Shown: piece after piece, positions 25,607 through 35,887 of the stretch
How positions within the stretch are numbered: the first letter of the stretch is position 1
How the letters are laid out: the number at the start of each line of letters is the position of its first letter
Origin: Candidatus Yonathbacteria bacterium
GTDB lineage: Bacteria > Patescibacteriota > Minisyncoccia > Phycocordibacterales > UBA1550
Reading direction: 5' to 3'
Assembly: GCA_016215205.1 (NCBI GenBank)
Contig: JACRKU010000013.1
Location: forward strand, 29,016-93,015
Length of the DNA: 64,000 nucleotides
Made by a program: the position numbers and the translations under genes
Notes under the pieces: model-generated
Seen by the model: the letters and a program-made list of their open reading frames with translations, nothing else
Databases searched by the model: none
Told to the model about the DNA's origin: nothing

Positions 25607-26701
25607 ATGAGTATTATTTTATTTATAATTATCCTTGGCGCGCTTATTCTCGTGCACGAGCTGGGGCATTTTATTGCCGCAAAACGCGCGGGCGTGCGTG
25701 TCGATGAATTCGGCATTGGTTTCCCGCCTCGTCTCTGGAAGAAAAAAGTGGGTGAGACAGTGTACTCCATCAATGCGTTTCCTGTTGGCGGATTTGTGAA
25801 AATTTTCGGCGAGGACCCAAGCGAAGAATCTTTGAAAGGAAAGGATTCTTCGCGAAGTTTGACCCACAAAAAGCGCATTGTGCAGGCGTGGATTATTGCT
25901 GCCGGAGTTGTTTTTAATCTGCTTTTTGCGTGGTTGCTCGTTAGTTTTGGGTTTATGGTAGGGCTTCCATATTCGGCAGACGACTCCATAAACGGCGCGC
26001 GCGTGCAAAATCCAAGTCTTACCATTACGCAGGTCGTGCCTTTGTCGCCCGCGAAAATTGCGGGCCTAAAAGGCGGCGACATTATCATGCGCCTTTCTTC
26101 GGGCGCGGACAATCTTAGTAATCCAAAAGTAGAAACAACGCAAAAGTTCATCGCTTCGCATGAGGAAATCGAACTTGCCTTTATCCGCGGAGCCGAAGAA
26201 AAGACTGTTGTGATGCGCGGAATAGACGGGGCCATTGACGGCCGCCGCGCTATCGGCATCTCTATGGATATCGTTGGCACATTAAAGCTACCCATTCACG
26301 AAGCGCTGTATATGGGCATGAAAACAACCGCTTCCATCACCGCCGCGATGGCTGTGGGCATCTTGGAATTTTTTAAAAATATATTTATTGGACAAGCGGA
26401 CTTAAAAGATATTTCCGGTCCTGTGGGGATTGTTGGTATTGTTAGTGACGCGTCAACATTGGGTTTTATACATTTGCTCTCGCTCACCGCGATTATTTCG
26501 ATTAATCTCGTTATTATAAATTTACTGCCGTTTCCTGCGCTCGACGGCGGGCGGCTTTTGTTTTTGCTCATTGAGGCGATAAAACGTTCGCCCATAAAAC
26601 CCGCAGTCGCAAACGCCACCAACGGAATTGGTTTCCTCATCCTCATTGCGTTCATGGTGTTTATTACTTTTAATGATGTGATGAAGTTAATTCAATGGTA
26701 G
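25607..26701 (+). CDS. rseP: RIP metalloprotease RseP (site-2 protease, M50 family)
   Basis: HEXXH in TM1 (LVHELGHFIAAK), internal PDZ-like region, C-terminal LDGG motif (PFPALDGGRLLF). Confidence 0.85.
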   Translation: MSIILFIIILGALILVHELGHFIAAKRAGVRVDEFGIGFPPRLWKKKVGETVYSINAFPVGGFVKIFGEDPSEESLKGKDSSRSLTHKKRIVQAWIIAAGVVFNLLFAWLLVSFGFMVGLPYSADDSINGARVQNPSLTITQVVPLSPAKIAGLKGGDIIMRLSSGADNLSNPKVETTQKFIASHEEIELAFIRGAEEKTVVMRGIDGAIDGRRAIGISMDIVGTLKLPIHEALYMGMKTTASITAAMAVGILEFFKNIFIGQADLKDISGPVGIVGIVSDASTLGFIHLLSLTAIISINLVIINLLPFPALDGGRLLFLLIEAIKRSPIKPAVANATNGIGFLILIAFMVFITFNDVMKLIQW

Positions 26702-26794
26702 AGGGCGACTACTTTCGACATTTTAAGCGCAAACAGTCAACCTATTTGGTACTGTATGGTTTTTAAGGTAAGATACAGAGACTACAAGATACAT

Positions 26795-28060
26795 ATGCGA
26801 CAATCTCAATTATTCACAAAAACTCGGAAAGATGCGCCCGCAGACGAGGTGGCAAAAAACGCTAAGCTCCTCATCCGTGCGGGTTTTGTCGACAAGCTTC
26901 AAGCGGGTGTTTACACGTATCTTCCGCTCGGTCTTCGCGTTCTGAAAAAAATTGAAAACATTATTCGCGAGGAAATGAATAATGCGGGCGGACAAGAAAT
27001 TTTGATGCCGTCGCTTCAGCCAAAAGAAAACTGGCAGACCACGGGGCGATGGGACACGATGGATGACCTTTATAAAGTGAGCGACTCGTCTGGTCGCGAA
27101 AACGCGCTCGGTCCCACACACGAGGAGATCGTGGTGCCGCTTGTGAAGCAATTTGTTTCATCGTATCGCGACCTTCCTTTTTCCGCATATCAATTTCAAA
27201 ACAAGTTTCGTATGGAGCTTCGCGCAAAATCGGGCATTCTCCGCGGGCGCGAGTTTATGATGAAAGATATGTATTCCTTTCATCGCGATGAGGCTGATAT
27301 GGAAGTATTTTATGAAAAGATGAAAGGCGTGTATGCGAATGTATTTGAACGAATGGGAATTGGTGCAACAACATTTTTAACTTTTGCTTCAGGCGGAAGT
27401 TTTTCAAAATACTCGCACGAATTTCAGACCGTCACCCCTGCGGGAGAGGATACAATTTACATTTGTGATAAATGTCATATAGCGGTGAACAAGGAAATCA
27501 TCGAGGATCAGAATAACGCATGTCCAAAGTGTCATGGAAAGAATTTGCGCACGGAAACGTCCGTAGAGGTAGGGAATATTTTTGAGCTAAAGACAAAATA
27601 TTCAGCCCCATTCAACCTTTCGTATAAAGACGAAGAAGGGAAAGAGCAAACGGTCGTTATGGGGTGCTATGGTATCGGGCTTGGGCGCGTTTTGGGTACT
27701 GTCGTAGAGGTGCTTGGCGATGAAAAGGGGCTTGTTTGGCCAGCTAGTATTTCTCCGTTTAATGTACATTTAGTTGACCTAGCAAATACAATCGAAGCGC
27801 GGCAATTGTATGATGAACTTGTGGCGGCCGGAGTCGAGGTGCTCTGGGATGATCGCGACTTGCGAGCAGGGGAGAAGTTTGCGGAGAGCGACCTCATTGG
27901 AATCCCTATCCGCGTTGTGGTATCCGCAAAAACTATTGAATCCGGTAAGCTCGAAGTGAAGACGAGAGCAACTGGCGAGGTTTCCATGGTCGACCGCGCC
28001 GAGTTATTCAAAATTCTCGAATCAGCAGATTCGCGTCTTGGACGCTGTTCAAAATTCTAA
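26795..28060 (+). CDS. proS: Prolyl-tRNA synthetase, short form without editing insertion
   Basis: MRQSQLFTKTRKDAPADEVAKNAKLLIRAGFVDKLQAGVYTYLPLGLRVLKKIENIIREEMNNAGGQEILMP class II motif 1 region; ~420 aa; C-terminal anticodon-binding domain. Confidence 0.85.
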   Translation: MRQSQLFTKTRKDAPADEVAKNAKLLIRAGFVDKLQAGVYTYLPLGLRVLKKIENIIREEMNNAGGQEILMPSLQPKENWQTTGRWDTMDDLYKVSDSSGRENALGPTHEEIVVPLVKQFVSSYRDLPFSAYQFQNKFRMELRAKSGILRGREFMMKDMYSFHRDEADMEVFYEKMKGVYANVFERMGIGATTFLTFASGGSFSKYSHEFQTVTPAGEDTIYICDKCHIAVNKEIIEDQNNACPKCHGKNLRTETSVEVGNIFELKTKYSAPFNLSYKDEEGKEQTVVMGCYGIGLGRVLGTVVEVLGDEKGLVWPASISPFNVHLVDLANTIEARQLYDELVAAGVEVLWDDRDLRAGEKFAESDLIGIPIRVVVSAKTIESGKLEVKTRATGEVSMVDRAELFKILESADSRLGRCSKF

Positions 28061-28072
28061 ATTCTACCCTAT

Positions 28073-29122
28073 ATGTTCGACAAATTTTACCAACTTTTTT
28101 CCAATGACATCGGCATCGATCTCGGTACCGCGAATACTCTTGTGTATTTGCGCGATCACGGCATCGTTATCAACGAGCCGTCGGTTGTTGCGGTAAATCA
28201 GAAAACGGGGCAGGTTGTCGCGCTAGGGACGCAGGCAAAACAAATGCTCGGTCGCACGCCGGGGCACATTGTTGCGGTGCGTCCTCTTGTTGACGGTGTC
28301 ATTTCAAACTTTGAAGTTACTGAAGAAATGCTCTCATACCTTATCGGAAAGGCGAATAAGATAAGCAAAAAAACGGTGCGGCCGCGCGTGGTTATCGGCG
28401 TGCCTTCCGGTATTACGACCGTTGAAGTGCGTGCCGTTTACGATGCGGCAAAAAATGCTGGCGCGCGAGAAGTGCACATTGTTGAAGAGCCGATGTCCGC
28501 GGCTATCGGCATAAAACTCCCCGTGAAAGAGCCGATTGGCAATATGATTATAGATATCGGCGGCGGCACGACAGACATCGCAGTAATTTCGCTCGGCGGT
28601 ATTGTACGCTCGAAAAATCTGCACATTGCGGGAGACCGTTTAAACAATGACATTATTAATTATGTGCGTGATGAATTTCGCGTGCTTATCGGCGAGCGCA
28701 CCGCGGAAAGCGTGAAAATCGCGATTGGCTCGGCTAAAAAAGGCGCAAGCCCGATGGAAGCGGTCATTCGCGGGCGCGACCTTGTGACAGGGCTTCCTCG
28801 CGAGGTGGTGGTGACAGACACGGATATTCGGGAAGCAATGAGCGCTTCGATTGTGGGTCTTGTTGAGTCGGTAAAAGAAGTCATTGAAACCACGCCGCCT
28901 GAAGTTCTTTCTGATGTGATGAGTCGCGGAATTATTTTGGTCGGCGGCGGCGCGCTCCTTCGCGGACTTGACGAGCTTCTTTCTCAAACGCTTCATGTCC
29001 CTGTTTATGTGGCCAACGACCCATTGACCGCAGTCGCGCGCGGCGCGGGGGTCATCCTTGAAGATATGGAAGGATTCCGCGAAGTGCTTATCGAACACGA
29101 AAATGACACACCGCCGCGATAG
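28073..29122 (+). CDS. mreB: Rod shape-determining protein MreB
   Basis: IGIDLGTANTLVY..., DIGGGTTDIAVISLGG actin-like motifs, 349 aa. Confidence 0.9.
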   Translation: MFDKFYQLFSNDIGIDLGTANTLVYLRDHGIVINEPSVVAVNQKTGQVVALGTQAKQMLGRTPGHIVAVRPLVDGVISNFEVTEEMLSYLIGKANKISKKTVRPRVVIGVPSGITTVEVRAVYDAAKNAGAREVHIVEEPMSAAIGIKLPVKEPIGNMIIDIGGGTTDIAVISLGGIVRSKNLHIAGDRLNNDIINYVRDEFRVLIGERTAESVKIAIGSAKKGASPMEAVIRGRDLVTGLPREVVVTDTDIREAMSASIVGLVESVKEVIETTPPEVLSDVMSRGIILVGGGALLRGLDELLSQTLHVPVYVANDPLTAVARGAGVILEDMEGFREVLIEHENDTPPR

Positions 29123-29897
29123 TTTATTGTTTGCACGAAAACATCGTGCATTTGTTGTTCTCATTGTCGTAAGCGCCCTTGCTCTTTTTTACGCACCGGT
29201 TAGGAATGCGCTTACGCAGGCGGTGTATACGGTTGCGCCGGGCGTGTGGGGTATCGGCAAGGCATCTTCGAGCGCATGGAATTCTTTTATAACAAATTTT
29301 CTCGTAAAGGATGCTCTGGTTGCCGAAAATGATTTGCTCCGCTCGGATGTCAGCCGTATGCAGGCGCAGGTTCTCGACAGAAATCTCCTCGGTGAGAAAG
29401 TAAATAAACTCGAAGAGGCGCTTGGCCGCGCGCAGGAGGACAATCGCGTTGTTGCCTATGTGCTCGCGGGACCGGGCTTGTCGCCCTATGACACGCTTAT
29501 TGTTGATGCGGGCACCGACAATGGTGTTGCATTGGGTAATACGGTTGTATACGCCGGGTCGGGTGTCATTGGAGAGGTTGTCGAAGTTACTTTGGCTACT
29601 TCAAAAATAAAACTGTACTCGTCCCCGGGGGTTGAACATTTGGTGGGGATTGGCGGACAGTCTATTCCGTCGCGGGCGTTCGGGAAAGGTATGGGAAATT
29701 TTGAAGCAAAGGTGCCGGAGGGAAGCGCTGTGGCTCCAGGAGACGCCGTTGTTTCTTTAAAAAGCGGACTTTTGCTCGGCATCGTTTCTTCTATTGAAGG
29801 AGAATCATCCTTGCCGTTTGTGCGCATATTTTTTAGAGTCCCGTTCAACATTACCGAGATTCGTTCCGTGGAAATTGTTGTTGATAAGCGTTCTTAA
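29103..29897 (+). CDS. mreC: Rod shape-determining protein MreC
   Basis: Follows mreB; N-terminal TM, coiled-coil (NDLLRSDVSRMQAQVLD), beta-rich C-terminal domain; start at M16 of track ORF overlaps mreB stop. Confidence 0.7.
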   Translation: MTHRRDSLLFARKHRAFVVLIVVSALALFYAPVRNALTQAVYTVAPGVWGIGKASSSAWNSFITNFLVKDALVAENDLLRSDVSRMQAQVLDRNLLGEKVNKLEEALGRAQEDNRVVAYVLAGPGLSPYDTLIVDAGTDNGVALGNTVVYAGSGVIGEVVEVTLATSKIKLYSSPGVEHLVGIGGQSIPSRAFGKGMGNFEAKVPEGSAVAPGDAVVSLKSGLLLGIVSSIEGESSLPFVRIFFRVPFNITEIRSVEIVVDKRS

Positions 29898-29902
29898 ATA
29901 TA

Positions 29903-30151
29903 ATGAGAAATCGTATTATTTTTGATATTGTGCTATTTTGCGCGGTTTTTTTTACGCCGTGGTGGTTTGTAGCGGCACTTGCTTTTTTGGGTGCCTTTTT
30001 CTTTTCGTCGTTTTATGAAATTATAGCGTTCGGCGCGCTCGTTGATTTTTTATATGGCGCGCGCGCTTTGGCAGCTTCGGGAATGCTCGGTATTCTCGGA
30101 GCTGTCGTTATTTTTGTGCTGGCTACTTATATGAAGAAAATAGTGCGATAG
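29903..30151 (+). CDS. Small membrane protein, possible MreD
   Basis: 82 aa, 2-3 hydrophobic helices, positioned between mreC and PBP2 where mreD normally sits; shorter than typical MreD. Confidence 0.3.
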   Translation: MRNRIIFDIVLFCAVFFTPWWFVAALAFLGAFFFSSFYEIIAFGALVDFLYGARALAASGMLGILGAVVIFVLATYMKKIVR

Positions 30152-30169
30152 TAACCGTACAGCAATTTT

Positions 30170-31915
30170 ATGTCAAAGAAAATTTCCGCGCACCACTTAA
30201 GACAGCTTTCGCGAGACATCAATCCGGACGAGATTTTTCTTGATTCAAAAAACTTGCCCGGATTTGATAAAAATCAATTTGAGGGGCGCATAGAAAAATC
30301 TATAAGTCGGATGTCTATGTGGGGTATTTTTTTATTTTTTCTCTTGGTGGTTTTTGTTTTTCTTGCAAAAGTGACAAGTCTGCAAATTTTTCAGGGAACA
30401 GATTTTTTTAAAAAGAGCGAGAATAATCGCCTCGACCATACGCCCCTCTTTGCAATGCGCGGTGTTATTTACGATCGCAACAAAGTGCCGCTTGCGTGGA
30501 ATTCTTTTGATGACGAGGCGTCCAGAACAGCGCTCATCGTGTCTGATACAAGCTCGACAACCGAAAAAATGCCATTCCCGCATCGTTCTTATATCGCGGC
30601 ATCGGGGTTTGGTCACACGCTCGGCTATGTGAGCTATCCAAAGCGCGACAATCGCGGATATTATTTTCAAGAAAATTTTCTGGGCAAGGACGGCATCGAA
30701 GAATACTACAATGAAATTCTTTCCGGAAAAAATGGACTTCAGATTGTTGAGACAGATGCTCTTGGAAAAATAGAAGAGGGAAGCATTGTGGAGAATCCGC
30801 AAAATGGCACTGCGCTCATTTTGGGAATTGATGCGCGCGTACAAGAAAAACTGCATATCACGATTCGCGACACCACAAATGATTTTGGCTACATGGCGGG
30901 AGCGGGAGCTATTATGGATATTGAAACAGGCGAGCTTCTCGCGATGACGAGTTTTCCGGAATACGATAGCGCCACACTTTCCGAGGGAAAAAACAAAAAA
31001 CTTATTCAGAGCTACAATCTGGACAAACGTGCTGTGTTCCTCGACCGCGCGGTGTCGGGTGTGTACACACCCGGCTCTATTATAAAACCTTTTATGGCGA
31101 TTGCCGCGCTTGCTGAAGGTGTTGTCACTCCGGAAAAACAAATTTTGAGCACCGGGTCTATTTCCATTCAAAATCCATATTACCCGAATATAAAATCAGT
31201 GTTTAACGACTGGAAGGCGCACGGGTGGGTGGATATGCGCCGCGCTCTCGCAGTATCGTCGGACGTGTATTTTTATGAAATCGGCGGCGGCTTCGAAGGT
31301 CAAAAGGGCATCGGCATCGCGAACATTGAAAAATACGCGCGTATGTTCGGTTTTGGCGCGCCTACGGGTGTGGATATTACAGATGAAAAACTCGGCACGA
31401 TTCCGAACCCGGCGTGGAAAGAAAAAATGTTTGGAGGGGAAGCATGGCGCCTGGGAGACACATATCACACGGTCATCGGGCAGTATGGTTTTCAGGTTAC
31501 AATTCTGCAGGCGCTTCGCGGCGTCGCAAGTATCGCAAACGGCGGCACCCTTGTTACACCGCATTTTTTAAAAGACCCCGCGCAAGAATTTACATCATCA
31601 AAGATTTCAATTCCTTCGGAATATTTTCAAGTCGCGCGCGAGGGAATGCGCGCCGCGGTAATTGATGGCGGTACGGTGCGCGGACTTGATGTGCCGTATG
31701 TTGCTGTTGCCGGCAAGACCGGTACTGCCGAAATAGACGCAGGGAAAAAATATATCAACTCATGGGTTGTAGGTTTTTTCCCGTACGAAAAACCGCGTTA
31801 CGCGTTTACGGTCGTGATGGAGCGCGGTCCGCACGCAAACACTATCGGAGGCGTGTACATTATGCGCCAGATGTTTGACTGGATGAAGCAAAATACGCCG
31901 GAGTATCTAAATTAA
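30170..31915 (+). CDS. mrdA: Penicillin-binding protein 2 (elongasome transpeptidase)
   Basis: N-terminal TM, dimerisation domain, transpeptidase motifs SIIKPF (SXXK), SSD-like, KTGTAE. Confidence 0.8.
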   Translation: MSKKISAHHLRQLSRDINPDEIFLDSKNLPGFDKNQFEGRIEKSISRMSMWGIFLFFLLVVFVFLAKVTSLQIFQGTDFFKKSENNRLDHTPLFAMRGVIYDRNKVPLAWNSFDDEASRTALIVSDTSSTTEKMPFPHRSYIAASGFGHTLGYVSYPKRDNRGYYFQENFLGKDGIEEYYNEILSGKNGLQIVETDALGKIEEGSIVENPQNGTALILGIDARVQEKLHITIRDTTNDFGYMAGAGAIMDIETGELLAMTSFPEYDSATLSEGKNKKLIQSYNLDKRAVFLDRAVSGVYTPGSIIKPFMAIAALAEGVVTPEKQILSTGSISIQNPYYPNIKSVFNDWKAHGWVDMRRALAVSSDVYFYEIGGGFEGQKGIGIANIEKYARMFGFGAPTGVDITDEKLGTIPNPAWKEKMFGGEAWRLGDTYHTVIGQYGFQVTILQALRGVASIANGGTLVTPHFLKDPAQEFTSSKISIPSEYFQVAREGMRAAVIDGGTVRGLDVPYVAVAGKTGTAEIDAGKKYINSWVVGFFPYEKPRYAFTVVMERGPHANTIGGVYIMRQMFDWMKQNTPEYLN

Positions 31916-31958
31916 GCCTAAATTGACTTTTAGCCATTAAACCGATAGAATGGGGCAT

Positions 31959-32426
31959 ATGTCAGAAGAAAAAGAATATTTAAGCAAAGAGAAATTTGAG
32001 GAATTGACCAAGGAGTTGGATTACTTGAAAAGCGTGCGCCGCAAGGAAATTGCGGAACAGCTTGAGTTTGCAAAGGGTCTAGGGGACCTATCGGAAAACG
32101 CCGAGTACCACGAGGCGCGCCAAAACCAAGCAGAGACCGAAGAGCGTATCGCAAAGCTTGAGCAGATGATCAAGAATGTTGTCATTACCGAAAAACACAA
32201 GGGCGGTTCTGTGGGCATCGGTTCAACGGTAGTCATTGTAAAAGGCGGAGAGAAATCGGAGCGCCACTACCAGATTGTCGGCTCCGAAGAAACAAACACA
32301 AAAGAGAGCAAAATCTCAAACAAATCTCCGCTCGGAGAAGCTATTATGGGGAAGAAAAAAGGAGACAAAATCTCTTACGAAACACCAGCGGGTGCTGTTG
32401 AAGCAAAGATTGTTAATGTGGAGTAA
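31959..32426 (+). CDS. greA: Transcription elongation factor GreA
   Basis: YLSKEKFEELTKELDYLKSVRRKEIAEQLEFAKGLGDLSENAEYHEARQNQAETEERIAKLEQMI coiled-coil plus C-terminal FKBP-like domain. Confidence 0.85.
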   Translation: MSEEKEYLSKEKFEELTKELDYLKSVRRKEIAEQLEFAKGLGDLSENAEYHEARQNQAETEERIAKLEQMIKNVVITEKHKGGSVGIGSTVVIVKGGEKSERHYQIVGSEETNTKESKISNKSPLGEAIMGKKKGDKISYETPAGAVEAKIVNVE

Positions 32427-32484
32427 TTTTAAATTTGTATCTGGGCTACTAATCACTATTGGCTAAAAACTAATAACTACTTCA

Positions 32485-33957
32485 ATGGCTTCCATCCTAG
32501 AGATTCGCGCCGAACGAATAAAGAAACTTGAACTTCTCAAAGAGAATGGAATGAGCGCATATCCGATCGTAACAAAACGTTCACTTTCGGTAGCGCAAGC
32601 TCTGTCTTCGTTTGCAAAACTTTCTCGCGAAAATAAAAAAATGACGCTTGCCGGGCGAGTGATGGCTCTCCGCGGACAGGGCGCGCTTGTGTTCTTTAAT
32701 CTGCGCGATGGAGAAGCCCTGATTCAGGGTTTTCTCAAGCGCGATGAAATGGACGAAAAGATTTTTGCGCTTTTTCAGGATACTGTCGATGTGGGCGATT
32801 TTATCGAATGCACGGGGACGCTTTTTATGACAAAGCGCAAAGAGCGCACGATACTCGTGAAGGATTGGAAAATTCTCGCCAAAAGTTTGCGCTCGCTTCC
32901 GGATAAATGGCACGGCCTTCAGGATGTAGAGGAGCGTTTTCGCAAACGCTATTTGGATTTGCTTATGTCAGACGAAGTCCGCGCGCGTTTTGTAATGCGT
33001 TCAAAAATCATCACCGAGATTCGCAAGTTCTTGAACGAGGCGGATTATCTCGAAGTTGAAACACCGCTCCTTCAATCGCTTGCGGGAGGCGCTCTCGCGG
33101 AGCCTTTTAAAACGCATCACAATGCGCTCGATATCGACCTCAACCTCCGCATCGCGCCCGAGCTTTATTTGAAAAAACTTTTGGTCGGCGGGTTTCCGCG
33201 CGTGTATGAGATTGGCCGTAATTTTAGAAATGAAGGTATCGATATGACGCACAACCCGGAATTTACGATGCTTGAGTTTTATGCCGCATACGAAACCGCG
33301 GGGTCCCAGATGGCGTTTGTCGAGAAGCTCTTGAAGACTCTCGTAAAAACAATTCTCAAGGGGAACAAAATAAAAAACGGAGAGGATGTTATAGATGTTT
33401 CAAGAAAGTTTGCCGTTGTGCCGTTTTTTGACTTATTCAAGCGTTACGCATCTATCGAAAATCCCGAGACAATGTCTTTGGATGACTGGTGCTTGTCTTC
33501 AGAACGTTTTGGCGTGCGTGTAGAGCCATCGGACTCCATAGAAAAAATAATGGACAATGTTTACAAAAAAGCATGCCGCCCAAAAATAATTCAACCGACA
33601 TTTATCATTGACTTTCCTGTAGGATTTTCACCATTCGCAAAAAAACAGGAAAAAAATCCGAGTTTAATCGACCGTTTCCAACTCGTTGTCGCCGGCATTG
33701 AAATGGTGAATGCATTTTCAGAATTGAACGACCCGCTTGATCAGCGTGCGCGCTACGAAGAGCAGGACAAAAAGAAAAAAGGAGGAGAAGGGGATGTGTC
33801 GCCATCGGACACTGATTATCTCGAAGCCATCGAATACGGCCTTCCCCCAGCTGGCGGTGTCGGTATCGGCATAGACCGCGTGGTAATGATTCTTTCCAAT
33901 ATGCGGAATATTCGCGAAGTAGTGCTGTTTCCCACAATGCGGCCAGAGAGCGAGTAA
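32485..33957 (+). CDS. lysS: Lysyl-tRNA synthetase (class II)
   Basis: OB anticodon-binding N-domain; motif 2 region FRNEGIDMTHNPEFTMLEFY; motif 3 GGVGIGIDRVVMIL. Confidence 0.9.
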   Translation: MASILEIRAERIKKLELLKENGMSAYPIVTKRSLSVAQALSSFAKLSRENKKMTLAGRVMALRGQGALVFFNLRDGEALIQGFLKRDEMDEKIFALFQDTVDVGDFIECTGTLFMTKRKERTILVKDWKILAKSLRSLPDKWHGLQDVEERFRKRYLDLLMSDEVRARFVMRSKIITEIRKFLNEADYLEVETPLLQSLAGGALAEPFKTHHNALDIDLNLRIAPELYLKKLLVGGFPRVYEIGRNFRNEGIDMTHNPEFTMLEFYAAYETAGSQMAFVEKLLKTLVKTILKGNKIKNGEDVIDVSRKFAVVPFFDLFKRYASIENPETMSLDDWCLSSERFGVRVEPSDSIEKIMDNVYKKACRPKIIQPTFIIDFPVGFSPFAKKQEKNPSLIDRFQLVVAGIEMVNAFSELNDPLDQRARYEEQDKKKKGGEGDVSPSDTDYLEAIEYGLPPAGGVGIGIDRVVMILSNMRNIREVVLFPTMRPESE

Positions 33958-33971
33958 AAACCTACCTGAAA

Positions 33972-34008
33972 AGAGCCCGTTCGCGAAGCGAACGGGCTCT
34001 TTTTCTTT
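33972..34008 (+). terminator. Rho-independent terminator
   Basis: agagcccgttcgc-gaa-gcgaacgggctct then TTTTCTTTAT. Confidence 0.8.
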
Positions 34009-34011
34009 ATC

Positions 34012-34165
34012 GTCGCTTGTGGATATAACTGGGTACAATATCCACTTCGCTCGCTCGGGGCTAAAAAGGGTACTTTTTGACCCCTCACTCGCTTGTGGAT
34101 AACTATTGTTGTAGAGTGGGACAAAGTGTAATATAATGTAGCCAAGTGGGAAATTGTGGTAAATT
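34012..34165 (+). promoter_or_regulatory. mraZ promoter region with repeated GTGG(G/A) MraZ-box-like motifs
   Basis: TGTGGAT at 34018 and 34095, GTGGGA at 34116 and 34146 (30-nt spacing), TGTGG at 34155; -35 TTGTAG (34109), 17-nt spacer, -10 TATAAT (34132); palindrome gtggatat...atatccac at 34018-34047. Confidence 0.4.
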
Positions 34166-34198
34166 AGAAAAACCACAAAAACCCCACTAAGAATCTTT

Positions 34199-34633
34199 AT
34201 GTTAATCGGCGAATACATTCACACACTCGACCCAAAGAAGCGCCTCGCGCTGCCGGTGAAATTTCGCAAGGAGCTTGGCAAAAAGGTGGTCATCACGCAC
34301 GGTCTCGACAACTGTCTTTTCGTATATCCAATGAAGGAATGGGAAAAGGTTGCGGAGAAACTTGCGGGGCTTCCCATGGGGCAGGCAGACACGCGCGGAT
34401 TCGGACGCTTTATGCTCGCTGGCGCGGTAGAAACGGATGTGGACAGCATCGGCCGTATTCTCGTTCCGGATTTTTTAAAAGAGTTTGCGAATTTAAAAAT
34501 AGAAGTCGCTGTCGTGGGGGTGTCCACGCGCGTTGAACTCTGGAACGAAAAAGAGTGGCTTGGATACAAAGCACGGATTCAAAAAGGCGCAGATGCGCTT
34601 GCTGAAAAGCTTGGAGAGATTGGTGTCATATAA
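34199..34633 (+). CDS. mraZ: Transcriptional regulator MraZ
   Basis: Two MraZ repeats (LDPKKRLALPVKFRKEL and ...GRILVPDFLKEFANL), 144 aa. Confidence 0.9.
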   Translation: MLIGEYIHTLDPKKRLALPVKFRKELGKKVVITHGLDNCLFVYPMKEWEKVAEKLAGLPMGQADTRGFGRFMLAGAVETDVDSIGRILVPDFLKEFANLKIEVAVVGVSTRVELWNEKEWLGYKARIQKGADALAEKLGEIGVI

Positions 34634-34639
34634 GCGAGT

Positions 34640-35524
34640 ATGGATCGTCATATCCCAGTTCTTTTACAGGAATCCACAGAAGGGCTCGCGCTCAAAGAGG
34701 GTAGCGTGGTGTTTGAGGGTACTGTCGGGCTCGGCGGACACAGTCGCGTACTTTGCGAAAAGATAGGGAAGTCGGGTCTCTTTATCGGTACCGATGCCGA
34801 CCTAGAATCGCTCAAGATTGCAGAAGAGCGTTTGAAAGATTTGCCGTGTAAAAAACTCTTTATATGCGACAATTTTCGAAACATTGATGCGGTACTAAAA
34901 AACGCAGGCGCAGAAAAAGTTGATGCCATTTTACTCGACATCGGCCTCTCCAATCGGCAACTTGAAGTCGCGCCACGCGGATTCTCATTTATGCGCGACG
35001 AACCGCTCCTTATGACCTTTCGTTCAAGCGGAGACGGTCTCACTGCGCGCGAGATTGTAAACGAATGGGCGGAGGAAAGCATTGCGGACATTATTTACGG
35101 CTATGGCGAGGAACGCTATGCGCGTCGCATAGCGCGCGGAATCGTAGAAGCGAGAAATGAAAAGCCTATCGAAACATCGGGACAGCTTGCGGAAATCGTA
35201 AAGCAAAGCGTACCGAAGCGTTTTGGCAAGATAAATCCCGCCACAAAGACCTTTCAGGCGCTACGCATTGCGGTAAACGATGAACTCGGCGCGCTCCGCG
35301 AAGGCATTGCAAAGGGATTTGAACACCTCGCTCCGGGCGGCAGAATGGCGGTCATTTCATTCCACTCGCTTGAAGATCGCATCGTAAAAGAATTTTTTAG
35401 ACAAAAAAAAGAAGAAGGAATAGCAACACTTTTTGCAAAGAAGCCGATCGTCCCCGACAACGCTGAAATAAAAGAAAATCCAAAATCACGAAGCGCAAAA
35501 TTAAGAATCATCATAAAAAATTAG
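34640..35524 (+). CDS. rsmH: 16S rRNA (cytosine1402-N4)-methyltransferase RsmH (MraW)
   Basis: HIPVLLQESTEGLALKEGSVVFEGTVGLGGHS, ILLDIGLSNRQLE SAM-MTase motifs. Confidence 0.9.
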   Translation: MDRHIPVLLQESTEGLALKEGSVVFEGTVGLGGHSRVLCEKIGKSGLFIGTDADLESLKIAEERLKDLPCKKLFICDNFRNIDAVLKNAGAEKVDAILLDIGLSNRQLEVAPRGFSFMRDEPLLMTFRSSGDGLTAREIVNEWAEESIADIIYGYGEERYARRIARGIVEARNEKPIETSGQLAEIVKQSVPKRFGKINPATKTFQALRIAVNDELGALREGIAKGFEHLAPGGRMAVISFHSLEDRIVKEFFRQKKEEGIATLFAKKPIVPDNAEIKENPKSRSAKLRIIIKN

Positions 35525-35545
35525 CAACAAATTAATTTCAATACC

Positions 35546-35881
35546 ATGACCACAAAAACACTTGAACTGAATAATATTGAACAAAAGATTTTTTGGATAT
35601 TGGCGTCACTTATCGGCGTGGTGGTCGCTTTCTATTTGTACTCGGTTTTGTCTCTCACGCTTGCAGTCGTGGACCGCAATAGTATGAATGTCGCGGCGCG
35701 TTCCATCGCGAACAATGGCGCCATGCTTGAGGCTGAATATCTGTCGCAAACGAATTCAATCACACTTGCCTATGCGCAAAGACTCGGTTTTTCTGAGGTG
35801 AATGCGAAGTTTGCGGGTGAGCCGCTCGCCTCGGCGGCAACGGCAGTGATGTCTCCCGCAAAAATTTCAATGGCGCGTTAA
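35546..35881 (+). CDS. FtsL-like small bitopic membrane protein (dcw-cluster position)
   Basis: 111 aa, single TM (IFWILASLIGVVVAFYLYSVL), located between rsmH and ftsI as ftsL usually is. Confidence 0.4.
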   Translation: MTTKTLELNNIEQKIFWILASLIGVVVAFYLYSVLSLTLAVVDRNSMNVAARSIANNGAMLEAEYLSQTNSITLAYAQRLGFSEVNAKFAGEPLASAATAVMSPAKISMAR

Positions 35882-35887
35882 AACGGG

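Noticed and set aside
29903-30151. Confident MreD assignment
   Set aside because: Only 82 aa with 2-3 helices, while MreD is usually ~160 aa. Kept as a low-confidence possibility only.
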